DNA from: Alphaproteobacteria bacterium
GTDB lineage: Bacteria; Pseudomonadota; Alphaproteobacteria; SP197
Assembly: GCA_965228895.1 (NCBI GenBank)
Contig: OZ245842.1
Location: 2,816,001 to 2,880,000 of the forward strand
DNA length: 64,000 nucleotides
Direction of reading: 5' to 3'
Made by a program: the position numbers and the translations under genes. Below are positions 51,617 through 60,967 of this stretch, one piece after another (the first letter of the stretch is position 1; each line of letters opens with the position of its first letter). Below the pieces are notes generated by a model. It was given only the letters and a program-made list of their open reading frames with translations. It ran no database searches and had not been told where the DNA came from.

Positions 51617-51828
51617 GACGGCCTCGCGCGTTCAAGCGCCATCCAGCGCAACAAAACGAGCGGCCACAAGACGATGCAGCCGGGTATCAACAGCGCGCGA
51701 AACACATACGAGCCGCGCGCACCCGGTTCGACACGATCAACGCCAATAATCAGAAATAGGGCCGCAACCCCAAGACCGACCCAGAAATAGATCTGGACGA
51801 TCTGGATGATAAGGCTCGCCGTTTCCAC
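51613..51828 (-). CDS. Small two-TM hypothetical protein (71 aa)
   Basis: GTG after AAGGGGG; Y..G...A..F...GV.R..P.A.G...FR.L.IPG...LWP. Confidence 0.75.
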   Translation of the reverse strand: METASLIIQIVQIYFWVGLGVAALFLIIGVDRVEPGARGSYVFRALLIPGCIVLWPLVLLRWMALERARPS

Positions 51829-51924
51829 GACTACCCCCTTCGCTGCGATCCCAGGCCCTTATATCGCGAGAGCGCGCGAGAACCAACCGGCTGGGCGATC
51901 AACCTTTGTTACGCGTGGCGTTCG

Positions 51925-52770
51925 CTAGAGGCCGTAGCGGTTCCAGGTCAGGCGGTGTTCGGTCTCGTCGGCGAGCGCTTCGGCGAAACCTTCGCCCACT
52001 TTGCTCGATCCCAGCCCCAGACGGGCGAGCAGCGGTTTGGAAACGTGCACCGCCTTGAACTTCACTTTGTCGCCGAACTTCTCACGCATGATGGTGCGCA
52101 CATCGCCCATGCCGTCGACGAGACCAAGATCCAGGCTGCGTTGGCCGCTCCAGAATGCGCCGCTGAAGCGTTCCTCCTCGTCGCCCTTCAAGCGGCCGCC
52201 ACGCCGGTTGCGCACGTGCTGCTTAAAGACCTCGTGCAATTCATCCTGCAGTTCTTTCAGGCGCACGACGTCGTCGGGGTCTTCCGGGCGAAACGGATCG
52301 AGCATGCTCTTGCGCGTGCCCGCCGTGTGCATTCGGCGCTCGACACCGAGCTTGGCCATGGCATCGACAAAACCGAAACCGGCCGAGATGACGCCGATCG
52401 AGCCGATGATCGAACTGGGTTGCGCGTAGATCTCATCACCCGCGCAGGCGAGCCAATAGCCGCCGGACGCCGCGACGTCCTCGCAGAAGACATAGACCGG
52501 CAGTTTCTTTTCGTCCGCCAACGCGCGGATACGGTCGTGCACCAGCGCCGATTGCGTCGGCGAGCCGCCTGGCGAATTGATCACCACCGCGACAGCCTTG
52601 GCCCGCGACACGCCGAACGCCTGCTCGATCGCGCTGGCATGGCTTTCGATGGAAATGCCCTTGCCCATACGCCCGCGCGGCGCGATGACGCCGTCCAATC
52701 GCAGCACGGCGATCTGAGGACGCCGGCGCAGGAACTTGGGCAGCGGGATAAGGGAAAAGAGTTTTTTCAT
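51925..52770 (-). CDS. S49 family peptidase
   Basis: INSPGGSP, DVAASGGY, GSIGV. Confidence 0.92.
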   Translation of the reverse strand: MKKLFSLIPLPKFLRRRPQIAVLRLDGVIAPRGRMGKGISIESHASAIEQAFGVSRAKAVAVVINSPGGSPTQSALVHDRIRALADEKKLPVYVFCEDVAASGGYWLACAGDEIYAQPSSIIGSIGVISAGFGFVDAMAKLGVERRMHTAGTRKSMLDPFRPEDPDDVVRLKELQDELHEVFKQHVRNRRGGRLKGDEEERFSGAFWSGQRSLDLGLVDGMGDVRTIMREKFGDKVKFKAVHVSKPLLARLGLGSSKVGEGFAEALADETEHRLTWNRYGL

Positions 52771-52842
52771 GCGAAAACCAGTCTGTGAATTTCGATCCTA
52801 AGACATGGGCTCGCCCGCTCCTGACTCAAGGTCATCAGCACC

Positions 52843-53586
52843 TCAAGACCACAACAAAGGTTTGCCGTCGCGCAGAATGGCCTCGGCCGCCTCAGAAAAA
52901 CCACCACCTGGGCCATGCATCACGAGACCCGGCAGCAGGCGAAGCGGCGCCTTGACGCCCTTGCGCGCGCGCACCAGGACCCGGCGCGCCGGTTTGTCGC
53001 GGTCATCGTTCGACCACAGCGGATAGATCGCGATGTCCCCGGCCGGCCCCGACAGCACGTCCAGCAGATCATCCAGTCGATCGGCGCGATGCACGACGGT
53101 GAGCGACCCACGCGGCCGCAGCTTTTCGAGCGCGAAGCCGAGCCAGGTCGCGAGATCGACGCTTTCGACGGTCGCCCTATCACGCGCCGTATCGTCGCTG
53201 CGCCGTGTGCGCCCGACCGGCAGATAGGGCGGGTTGGTCATGACGTGATCGAACGGCCCGTCGAGCGCCGTCGATGTCGTCTCCGGCAGCGTATCCGTCA
53301 CGATATCGACACGCACCTCGACCTCGTTCAGCGCGGCGTTGGTGGCGGCCAGCGCGGCCAGGGACTTATCGTGCTCCAGACCGGTTACCCGGCAGCCGCC
53401 GACGCGCGCGGTCAAACAGAACGTCGCCGCACCTGTACCGCAGCCCATGTCGAGCACGTGATCGACCGGCCCGGCGCGAACGGCGGCGGCCAGCAGCACA
53501 GCATCGGTGGTCGCACGCAGGCCCGAAGCGGGCTGGCGCAGCACCACCCGGCCATCCAGGAGGCTATCGCGCGTCGGCTCAGCCAC
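52843..53586 (-). CDS. tRNA1(Val) A37 N6-methyltransferase-like SAM methyltransferase
   Basis: DAVLLAA, DMGCGTG, NPPY; GTG start overlaps DUF2007 stop region. Confidence 0.88.
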   Translation of the reverse strand: MAEPTRDSLLDGRVVLRQPASGLRATTDAVLLAAAVRAGPVDHVLDMGCGTGAATFCLTARVGGCRVTGLEHDKSLAALAATNAALNEVEVRVDIVTDTLPETTSTALDGPFDHVMTNPPYLPVGRTRRSDDTARDRATVESVDLATWLGFALEKLRPRGSLTVVHRADRLDDLLDVLSGPAGDIAIYPLWSNDDRDKPARRVLVRARKGVKAPLRLLPGLVMHGPGGGFSEAAEAILRDGKPLLWS

Positions 53587-53806
53587 CGGGCTTGTCGGGA
53601 ACGTCGAGGCCGGCGTCGCGCAGGATCGCGCGCGCCTCGTCGAGATCCTCGTCAAGCACGACCACACGCCGCTGAATGGCCAATACGCTGCCTTCCAGGC
53701 TGCTGGTATGGCCATCAAACACATCAAATGCGATAGCCGCCTCCTTCAAGAGCGCGCTGGCAAAGGAGATCTGAACGGGGTCGTTGGTGCGTAACAGTTC
53801 TTTCAA
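53579..53806 (-). CDS. DUF2007 family protein
   Basis: KELLRTNDPV.ISFA.ALL, D.H.S.LEGS; TTG start. Confidence 0.85.
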   Translation of the reverse strand: MKELLRTNDPVQISFASALLKEAAIAFDVFDGHTSSLEGSVLAIQRRVVVLDEDLDEARAILRDAGLDVPDKPGG

Positions 53807-53964
53807 GGGTGTTGTTCTCTCAAACCAGTAAAACGGTTCTGCTTTTGCCGGACTTCGTGGGAGTGCTAAAGTGGTAGACGAGACAGCGGCCTCGCGATGC
53901 TGTCGATTGGGGGCCGTCGGGTCAAGCCGGCGGTCCAACGCGTGATTCAACGGGAGACCACGGT

Positions 53965-54987
53965 TTGAGCCTTGCCCTCAACGTCGCCGGGCAGAATGCC
54001 AGCGCCGCTCGCCAGTCCTATGAGCTGCTGCGTGATCTTGTCGCCGACGACTTGAACCAGGTCAATCAGGTGATTGTCGAGCACATGCAAAGCTCGGTCA
54101 CCTTGATCCCGCAGCTTGCCGGTCACCTCGTCGCGTCGGGCGGCAAGCGGCTGCGCCCGATCCTGACGCTGACCACAGCGCGCATGTGCGGTTATGCCGG
54201 GCGCCGTCATGTCGACTTGGCGGCCTGTGTCGAATTCATCCATACGGCGACCTTGTTGCACGACGATGTCGTTGATGACAGCGACTTGCGGCGCGGCAGC
54301 GCGACGGCCAACGCGGTCTGGGGCAACAAGCCAAGCGTGCTGGTCGGCGATTTTCTGTTCAGCCGCGCCTTCCAATTGATGGTCGCCGACGGCTCGCTGC
54401 AGGTTTTGAAGATCCTCTCCGATGCGTCCGCCGTGATCGCCGAGGGCGAGGTCGATCAGTTGATGATCTCCAACGACATCGCGACCGATGAAGCCGCCTA
54501 TATGCAGGTGATCGGCGCCAAGACCGCCGCCCTGTTTGCCGCGGCGAGCGAGATCGGCGCCGTCGTCGCCGACGAGACCGATGCCAACCAGGCGGCACTC
54601 AGGACCTACGGCATGTCACTCGGCATCGCCTTCCAGCTTGTCGACGACGTGCTCGACTATTCCGCGCGCGAGGCCGACCTCGGCAAATCGGTCGGCGACG
54701 ATTTCCGCGACGGCAAGATCACGCTGCCGGTGGTCTACGCCATCGCGCGCGGCAACGACGCCGAACGCTCGTTCTGGAAACGCACCCTGGAAGACGAGGA
54801 TCAGCAGGACGGCGACCTCGACCAGGCGATGATGCTGATGCAGCGCCACAACGCGCTGGCCGACGCCATGGCGCGCGCCAGGGAACACGGCGCCCGCGCT
54901 AGCGAGGCGCTCGCCGGCTTCCCCCCGAACCCCTACCGCGACGCGCTGCTGGAGCTGGTCGCCTTCTGCGTCGACCGCGAGTTCTAG
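53965..54987 (+). CDS. ispB: Polyprenyl diphosphate synthase
   Basis: GGKRLRP, LHDDVVD..RRG, FQLVDD.LD. Confidence 0.93.
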   Translation: MSLALNVAGQNASAARQSYELLRDLVADDLNQVNQVIVEHMQSSVTLIPQLAGHLVASGGKRLRPILTLTTARMCGYAGRRHVDLAACVEFIHTATLLHDDVVDDSDLRRGSATANAVWGNKPSVLVGDFLFSRAFQLMVADGSLQVLKILSDASAVIAEGEVDQLMISNDIATDEAAYMQVIGAKTAALFAAASEIGAVVADETDANQAALRTYGMSLGIAFQLVDDVLDYSAREADLGKSVGDDFRDGKITLPVVYAIARGNDAERSFWKRTLEDEDQQDGDLDQAMMLMQRHNALADAMARAREHGARASEALAGFPPNPYRDALLELVAFCVDREF

Positions 54988-55079
54988 ACCGCTTTAGCCC
55001 GACCAACACGCCGCCTAAACCGACCCCGTCACACCTGTTGCGGGCCAAGGACCTTGGCGCTATAAGCCCGGCTCTGGTT

Positions 55080-55156
55080 CGGAGTGTAGCTCAGCCTGGT
55101 AGAGCACCGTCTTCGGGAGGCGGGGGCCGGAGGTTCGAATCCTCCCACTCCGACCA
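55080..55156 (+). tRNA. tRNA-Pro (anticodon CGG)
   Basis: CGGAGTG/CACTCCG acceptor stem, CCGTC-TTCGGGA-GGCGG anticodon arm, GGTTCGAATCC, encoded CCA. Confidence 0.97.
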
Positions 55157-55337
55157 TGATCTCAGCACACAACAAGCGTTTGTGGGCCTTGGACAGCCGA
55201 CGGGTTTGCCGTCCGGCTCGACGATCGGTTGCTGTGCAGCGCATCCCGGACAGGAACACCAGACTTGCCACGCACCTTGCGGTAGTGGTTAGGTCGTCGG
55301 CACGTCTCGGGTAGGTTGCCATCCAAGGCACCATTTT

Positions 55338-56237
55338 ATGCGTCAGTTTGGGTTCCTGGTTCTGATTGTGATCATGGGGGTTGCTTGGGGCGCCGAGTTC
55401 TCGATGCTGAAGCTCGCGCTACAGGGCGGCTATGACGAGATCACCGTCCTCACGGTTTCCCTGGGCCTGATCGCGATCGCCTACTTCGTCGTGCTGGTCG
55501 TGCGCGGCAAGGTGTTCTGGGTGACCTGGGACACCGTGGTGTTCCTGATCATCACGGCGCTCATGGGTTATCTGATACCGCTGTTGGCGGTGCTCTATGC
55601 GGCACCCCATTTACCGGTCGGCATCATGACGTTGATCGCGTCGCTCTCGCCGGTGGTCACGGTCAGTACCGCGTTGCTGCTGCGCACCGAACTGGTCTCA
55701 GCACGCCGCGTCGCCGCCATCGCGTTGGGCACACTGGCGGCACTCCTGGTCCTGGCGCCCGAAGCCAGCCTGCCCGGCTTCGGCACCCTGCCCTGGATGT
55801 TGCTGGTCTGCCTGGTGCCGCTCAGCTACGGCGTCGAATCCATCTATGTCGCCGCGCGTTGGCCGCGCCGTCTCGACGCGTGGCAGGTCAGCTTCGGCGA
55901 AGCGCTCATGGCCTTTCTCCTGATCCTGCCGGTTTGCGTGATCTTTGGCGACACGGCGTATGACGGCTTCACGTGGTCGATCGCGGAGACCGGCATCGTC
56001 TTGTTCGTCGTCGCCGGGTTGATCAACATCGTGCTCTATTTCTACATTATCCAGCACACCGGCGGCGTGCTCGTCTCGTTCGGCAGCTTCGTTTCGCTCT
56101 TCGCCGGCATTGCGTGGGGCATGGTGCTGTTCTCCGAAAGCCACGGGATCATGGTTTGGATCGCGGTCGCGGTTTTGATTCTGGCGTTGGTGGTCGTGGC
56201 GATGGACAGCGCCGACAAACAACGCAAAAAAGATTGA
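55338..56237 (+). CDS. DMT/EamA family transporter
   Basis: About 10 TM segments, WG near N-terminus, two repeats. Confidence 0.85.
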   Translation: MRQFGFLVLIVIMGVAWGAEFSMLKLALQGGYDEITVLTVSLGLIAIAYFVVLVVRGKVFWVTWDTVVFLIITALMGYLIPLLAVLYAAPHLPVGIMTLIASLSPVVTVSTALLLRTELVSARRVAAIALGTLAALLVLAPEASLPGFGTLPWMLLVCLVPLSYGVESIYVAARWPRRLDAWQVSFGEALMAFLLILPVCVIFGDTAYDGFTWSIAETGIVLFVVAGLINIVLYFYIIQHTGGVLVSFGSFVSLFAGIAWGMVLFSESHGIMVWIAVAVLILALVVVAMDSADKQRKKD

Positions 56238-56285
56238 GAGCCTAGACCGGACTGGCAAGAGGACGCGGCTCGGCGCGGCGAGATC

Positions 56286-57593
56286 CTAACGCGGCGCCGC
56301 AGCCTCACCTGTTATCGGCGCGCGATAGGCCAGCGCCGGCACCAGGCGACCAATCCAGCGGAAGAGGCCATGACGTTCGATCCACTCGGCATAGGCGACA
56401 TAGGTCAGGTCCTCGGAGAGGTGGCGTTCCTCGGTGCGCGCGCGCGCGACATAGATCGCGTTGACGACGAGCAACAGGAGACAGTTGCGCAGCGCGTCCT
56501 CCCAGCTTGTCAGCGAGATGAAGGGCACGCTTAAGAGCCACCAGTAGATGTTCTTGGCGATGTAGGACGGGTGTTTGGTCCAGCGGTAGGGCCCGTTGGT
56601 CAATATGCCGCGGTGTGTCAGGTTGGAGAAGCGCAGGCCGAACGTCATGTTGGCCCAGACCCACAGAATGTTGGCGAGCACCATGAGGCCGGCCCATGCA
56701 TAGAGCAGGACGCTGTCGTCCTTCAGCCAATCCCACCAGCCGAAACCGTCGTTGTAGCTGAGGTACTGATTGGCGATGACCGACCAAAACGGTTGATAGC
56801 AAATCAGGGCGACCAGCCAGCCGATAACCAGCGGATTGACCGAGCGGATGTGGTTATCGAGCAGGCGCAGGGTCACCACATAGCCGATCGAGACAAACGC
56901 AAGATCGGCGAAGACTGCGACCTTGAAGAACCAGGCGACGGTCCCGAACGCGTTGTCGAACCCGCCGCCGACAGGATTGGTCATGACCCAGCCGATGACG
57001 TCATAGAACCCCGAGACCATCAGCGGCAGAAAGAAGGCACGAATGACCCAGCCGAGCAGAAAGGTCTTGAGCGTCTGGCCGTCACGGCCGCGCCAACGAC
57101 CGAGACAAAGCCGGCCCCAGTGCCAGGCGCCGTCCTTTGGCGCCGTCATGCGCCGGTCGATCCACACGACGTAAGGCACGGTGAGGACGACGACAAGCGG
57201 CAGGCTCCAGGTGGCGAGCGTGATGAAGGGCGCATAGAAGTCGCGGCCATAGATCGGCATCGCCCAATAGAACAGCGCGAGAAGCGCGATCATCACGCCG
57301 AGCCCAAGCAGCTTCGTCGCGACACGTGCGGTGTCTATCGGGTCTAGCGGATCGCCTGGGCTTTTGAGCCCGGCCGTTGGACGCCGGTGGACCTTGAGCA
57401 CGATGAGATCGCCAAGCGCCATGGGCAGCGCGACAAGCACGAGCGCGATGGCCGTCGCCCACAGCGTCGCGACCTCCAGCCACGCCATCATCACCAGACC
57501 GGCGCTGACGGCGCCGAGCCCCGCAAGGCAGATCCAACCGTTGGTGACCGAGGCCGGCGGCGCCGCCCTACCCGTGCTGTGCTCACTGGCCAT
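56286..57593 (-). CDS. Isoprenylcysteine carboxylmethyltransferase family membrane protein
   Basis: FSNLTHRGILTNGPYRWTKHPSY, RARTEERHL. Confidence 0.82.
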   Translation of the reverse strand: MASEHSTGRAAPPASVTNGWICLAGLGAVSAGLVMMAWLEVATLWATAIALVLVALPMALGDLIVLKVHRRPTAGLKSPGDPLDPIDTARVATKLLGLGVMIALLALFYWAMPIYGRDFYAPFITLATWSLPLVVVLTVPYVVWIDRRMTAPKDGAWHWGRLCLGRWRGRDGQTLKTFLLGWVIRAFFLPLMVSGFYDVIGWVMTNPVGGGFDNAFGTVAWFFKVAVFADLAFVSIGYVVTLRLLDNHIRSVNPLVIGWLVALICYQPFWSVIANQYLSYNDGFGWWDWLKDDSVLLYAWAGLMVLANILWVWANMTFGLRFSNLTHRGILTNGPYRWTKHPSYIAKNIYWWLLSVPFISLTSWEDALRNCLLLLVVNAIYVARARTEERHLSEDLTYVAYAEWIERHGLFRWIGRLVPALAYRAPITGEAAAPR

Positions 57594-58420
57594 GGGAGGC
57601 GCACTATCGGCAAATCGCGCAAGGCCGGAAACGCAGCGCGACGCGTGATTGGGGCGTGCAGCACCAAGACTGGTTGTTTACTTCCGCTTTTGGCGATCAT
57701 TCGGTGCAGCGCCGGAAGGTCACTCGCGCGGCGGCTTGATGTTGCTTCCGCGCCGAATCTACCCGGTCAAACGCGACAGACGCAGCCGTCGGCTTGCCGC
57801 GTCATCCCTAGCGCTCTCATCTCAACGCAAGAACGTCTTGGTGGCCTATACTTTCGAGATAATAAACGGTGTTTACCCTCAATAGTGGTAGATTGCTTCA
57901 AAGGGTGGGCCCCATGGCCGATCGCTCCATGTCGAGGGCTGTCAGCGTTGTATGTCAACGCCTTGGAGCCATCGGCCAGTGCTCAATTGAGCGCCGAGGC
58001 TGCGCTCACGGTGAGAGCGATGGCATCGCAAATCGATAGCCTGCGAGCACGGCAGAAACGATTTGGTGGCAGAACGACCGCCGAATGCGGCCAGACTCGC
58101 GCACGACGACGTCATGACGGCATGTGATGCAATCGTGAACGTGGTTCACGACATAACGTGACGGCAATCACCATCAAAAGTGGTAGTCAATAAGTGCATA
58201 ATATGTAATGAATTCGGAGAGGAAGTTACCAAAACGTCGAGCGCATGACGGTAGAAGGTAGTACCTCATTCGTGGAAGCAATTTACAAAGTTCTTAACGC
58301 ATCATTCCCTAAACGATTGCCGCTGTTTGCCAAGCCCGGCGCCTGTCGACGGGCAGGCGGAACACCGCTGATGGGTCTACACGAGTCGGCGGCCGCCATG
58401 TCGAAGGCGGAGGTGGCGTC

Positions 58421-59341
58421 ATGTTGACCGACGATGCCGCCACGCGGCCTCAGATGCGCGCAGCACTCGACATCACCATCCTGCGCACGCTGGTCATGAT
58501 CGTCGACAGCGGCGGATTCACGCGCGCGGCCGAACGCCTGGGCATTACCCAGTCGGCGGTCAGCCTGCAGATCAAACGGCTGGAAGAAGCCACCGGCCAA
58601 AGCATGTTCGTACGCGAGGGACGCCAGGTTCACCTGACGTCGGACGGCGAGATGCTGCTGGATTACGCGCGCGAGATCGTCCGGCTGGAGGAAGAAGCGC
58701 GGCTGCGTCTGGTTGAACCGGGCGAGCGCCGCAGCGTCAGCCTGTGGGCGACCGAGGACATCGCGACCGCGTATCTCAACAACCTGCAGGCCGCGAGCCA
58801 GCGGATCGCGCTCAACGTGCGCTCCGACAACCCGGCCAGCGTCGTCAACCAGATGGCCCAAGGCGCTTTTGACCTGGCGCTCATCAGGCGCGAGCCCGGC
58901 GCGACCCGTGGCGGCGCGTGGCGCCATGACCTCGCCTGGATCGAGCCGCTGGCCTGGATCGGTCCGGTCGGCACCAAAACCGAGGAGTTCTCCGGCCGGG
59001 TGCCGCTGATCCTGCCGTCGCCGCCCAGCATCGCGCGCCAGCGCATGCTGGACCTTGTCGAACGCGAGCGTCCGGCCTGGCGCATCGTGTTGTCGACAAC
59101 CAGCCTGTCGATGCGCCTGGAAGCGGTTCGCCGCGGCCTCGGTGTCAGCATCGCGCCGCGCCACACGGTGCCCGCCGACCTTTCCGTGCTGGAGGATATG
59201 CCGCCGATCACGGTGCCGGCGCTGCTCGCCATGGCACGTTCGCGCAATTCGATCAGCAACGAAGCGCGGCGCATCGAGGAGATGATCGTTGCCCTGCTCG
59301 ATCAGCGGCTGATGCGCGACCGCCGGCTAAAAGAAAGCTGA
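58421..59341 (+). CDS. LysR family regulator
   Basis: GGFTRAAERLGITQSAVSLQIKRLEE; start 58421 or 58454. Confidence 0.9.
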   Translation: MLTDDAATRPQMRAALDITILRTLVMIVDSGGFTRAAERLGITQSAVSLQIKRLEEATGQSMFVREGRQVHLTSDGEMLLDYAREIVRLEEEARLRLVEPGERRSVSLWATEDIATAYLNNLQAASQRIALNVRSDNPASVVNQMAQGAFDLALIRREPGATRGGAWRHDLAWIEPLAWIGPVGTKTEEFSGRVPLILPSPPSIARQRMLDLVERERPAWRIVLSTTSLSMRLEAVRRGLGVSIAPRHTVPADLSVLEDMPPITVPALLAMARSRNSISNEARRIEEMIVALLDQRLMRDRRLKES

Positions 59342-59354
59342 GCGCACCAATCCA

Positions 59355-60803
59355 CTAGTCGCCCATGGGGATGGCCGGCGGTGCGATATCCAACGCGCCG
59401 CCGCCGCTCCAATGGCGCTCACCGACGCCGGCATCGCTACGGATCTGCGCGGCTTCAAGGCCGGTGAGCGCGCCTTCGTAGTCCAGACCCAGCACCCTTC
59501 CCTCCTCGACCACCTTTTGGCCGTCGACATAGACCGCCGAGATCGGGCGTTCGAGCGCATGGAACAACAGGCAGCGCAGCGGATCGCGCGCCGGTCGCAT
59601 CGACGGATGGTCGAGGTTCACCGTCACCAAGTCAGCGCGGGCGCCGGGTGCCAGCCGGCCAATATCATCGCGGCCAAGCGCACGGGCGCCACCGATCGTC
59701 GCGGCCTCGAACACATCCGCGGTCACGGTGGCGTCCAGATTGGCGTCGGCTGCCTTGGCCAGAACACAGGCCCAGCGCATCTCATCCAGCATGTTGTGGG
59801 GCGTCGTATCGGTACCGATTACCATGTTTACCCCGGCGCGCCGGTAGGCCCCGAAGCTTTCCAGGATGGCGCCGTAGCGCGCGAACGGCGTCGGACAATG
59901 GGCGACGGTGACGCCGGCATCTGCCATCAGGTCCAGGTCCTCGCGGGTGTGCCAGCGCACCCAGCTATGGGTGTCGATGTAGATCGCGTGCGCCAGGATG
60001 GTGCGCGGACCCAACAGCTCGAGATCGGCCAGGAATCGCACCGGCGACACGCCATGGCGGCGCCGGATCTCCTGCACTTCCTGAACGCTCTCCGAGATAT
60101 GCATATGAAAGCGCCAGTCGCGCGCCTGACATAGGTCCATGGTTTCGCGCAGCAAGTCGGGCGAACAGGTGTCGCTGGTCGCCGGTGACGGCATGCCGCC
60201 CAACCGGCCGCACGGATGCGCCTCGGCCGCTTCGATCACCGCGATCGCGGCCGCCATATCGGCGGCGCCATCGTCGGTCCTCCAGTCATAGATGACCTCG
60301 CGGCCATTCTCCGAATGCCAACCGGCCGAGCCATACATCGGCGCGGCATAGGCACGCGCGCCGCTTGCGGCCATCAAATCGACCCAGCCGTCAAACGGGT
60401 GGCTCAGGTCGACAAAGGTGGTAACGCCCGACAGCAGCATCTCGGTATAGGCGACGGCGGCGGAATGCGGTTCGCCTTCCGCGTCCGTGGTGAACACGGC
60501 CTTGGCGTCATAGAGACCGCTCCACCAGAGCTCGGGGTTGCCGAGCTCCTCGACGATGCCTTTGTAGAGCGGCTGGGACGTCGGGTGACTATGCAGGTCG
60601 ACCAGTCCGGGCATGACAAAAAGGTTACGGCCATCGACCTGGTGCGCGACATCGCCCTCGTAGCGGCCGCCGACCTGGATGAGTTCGCCACCGCGGAACG
60701 CGACATCGCCGCCGCGCAGATAGGTGTGCCGCCGATGATCGACGTCCCACGCGGCGATCCAGGCCGCATTCTTGATGACCGTGACCTCGTCGAGCTCATT
60801 CAT
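59355..60803 (-). CDS. Amidohydrolase (AtzA/MtaD-like deaminase family)
   Basis: PGLVDLHSH, HMHISE, LAH, GTD, G.L.PGARADL. Confidence 0.9.
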   Translation of the reverse strand: MNELDEVTVIKNAAWIAAWDVDHRRHTYLRGGDVAFRGGELIQVGGRYEGDVAHQVDGRNLFVMPGLVDLHSHPTSQPLYKGIVEELGNPELWWSGLYDAKAVFTTDAEGEPHSAAVAYTEMLLSGVTTFVDLSHPFDGWVDLMAASGARAYAAPMYGSAGWHSENGREVIYDWRTDDGAADMAAAIAVIEAAEAHPCGRLGGMPSPATSDTCSPDLLRETMDLCQARDWRFHMHISESVQEVQEIRRRHGVSPVRFLADLELLGPRTILAHAIYIDTHSWVRWHTREDLDLMADAGVTVAHCPTPFARYGAILESFGAYRRAGVNMVIGTDTTPHNMLDEMRWACVLAKAADANLDATVTADVFEAATIGGARALGRDDIGRLAPGARADLVTVNLDHPSMRPARDPLRCLLFHALERPISAVYVDGQKVVEEGRVLGLDYEGALTGLEAAQIRSDAGVGERHWSGGGALDIAPPAIPMGD

Positions 60804-60967
60804 GACGGCGGCACTCCCGCAGTTCGGCGTTTTCAACAGGCTAGGATCTTTTTGACAGTCTTGGAAACGCCAGCGCCGCTGCCCACAGGGAAATGCGTTG
60901 GTGCGGCGCACTTGGCGGCCTAGGATCAAGTGACTGAAGACCGATAGACCGCCAGGATCCGGCAGGC

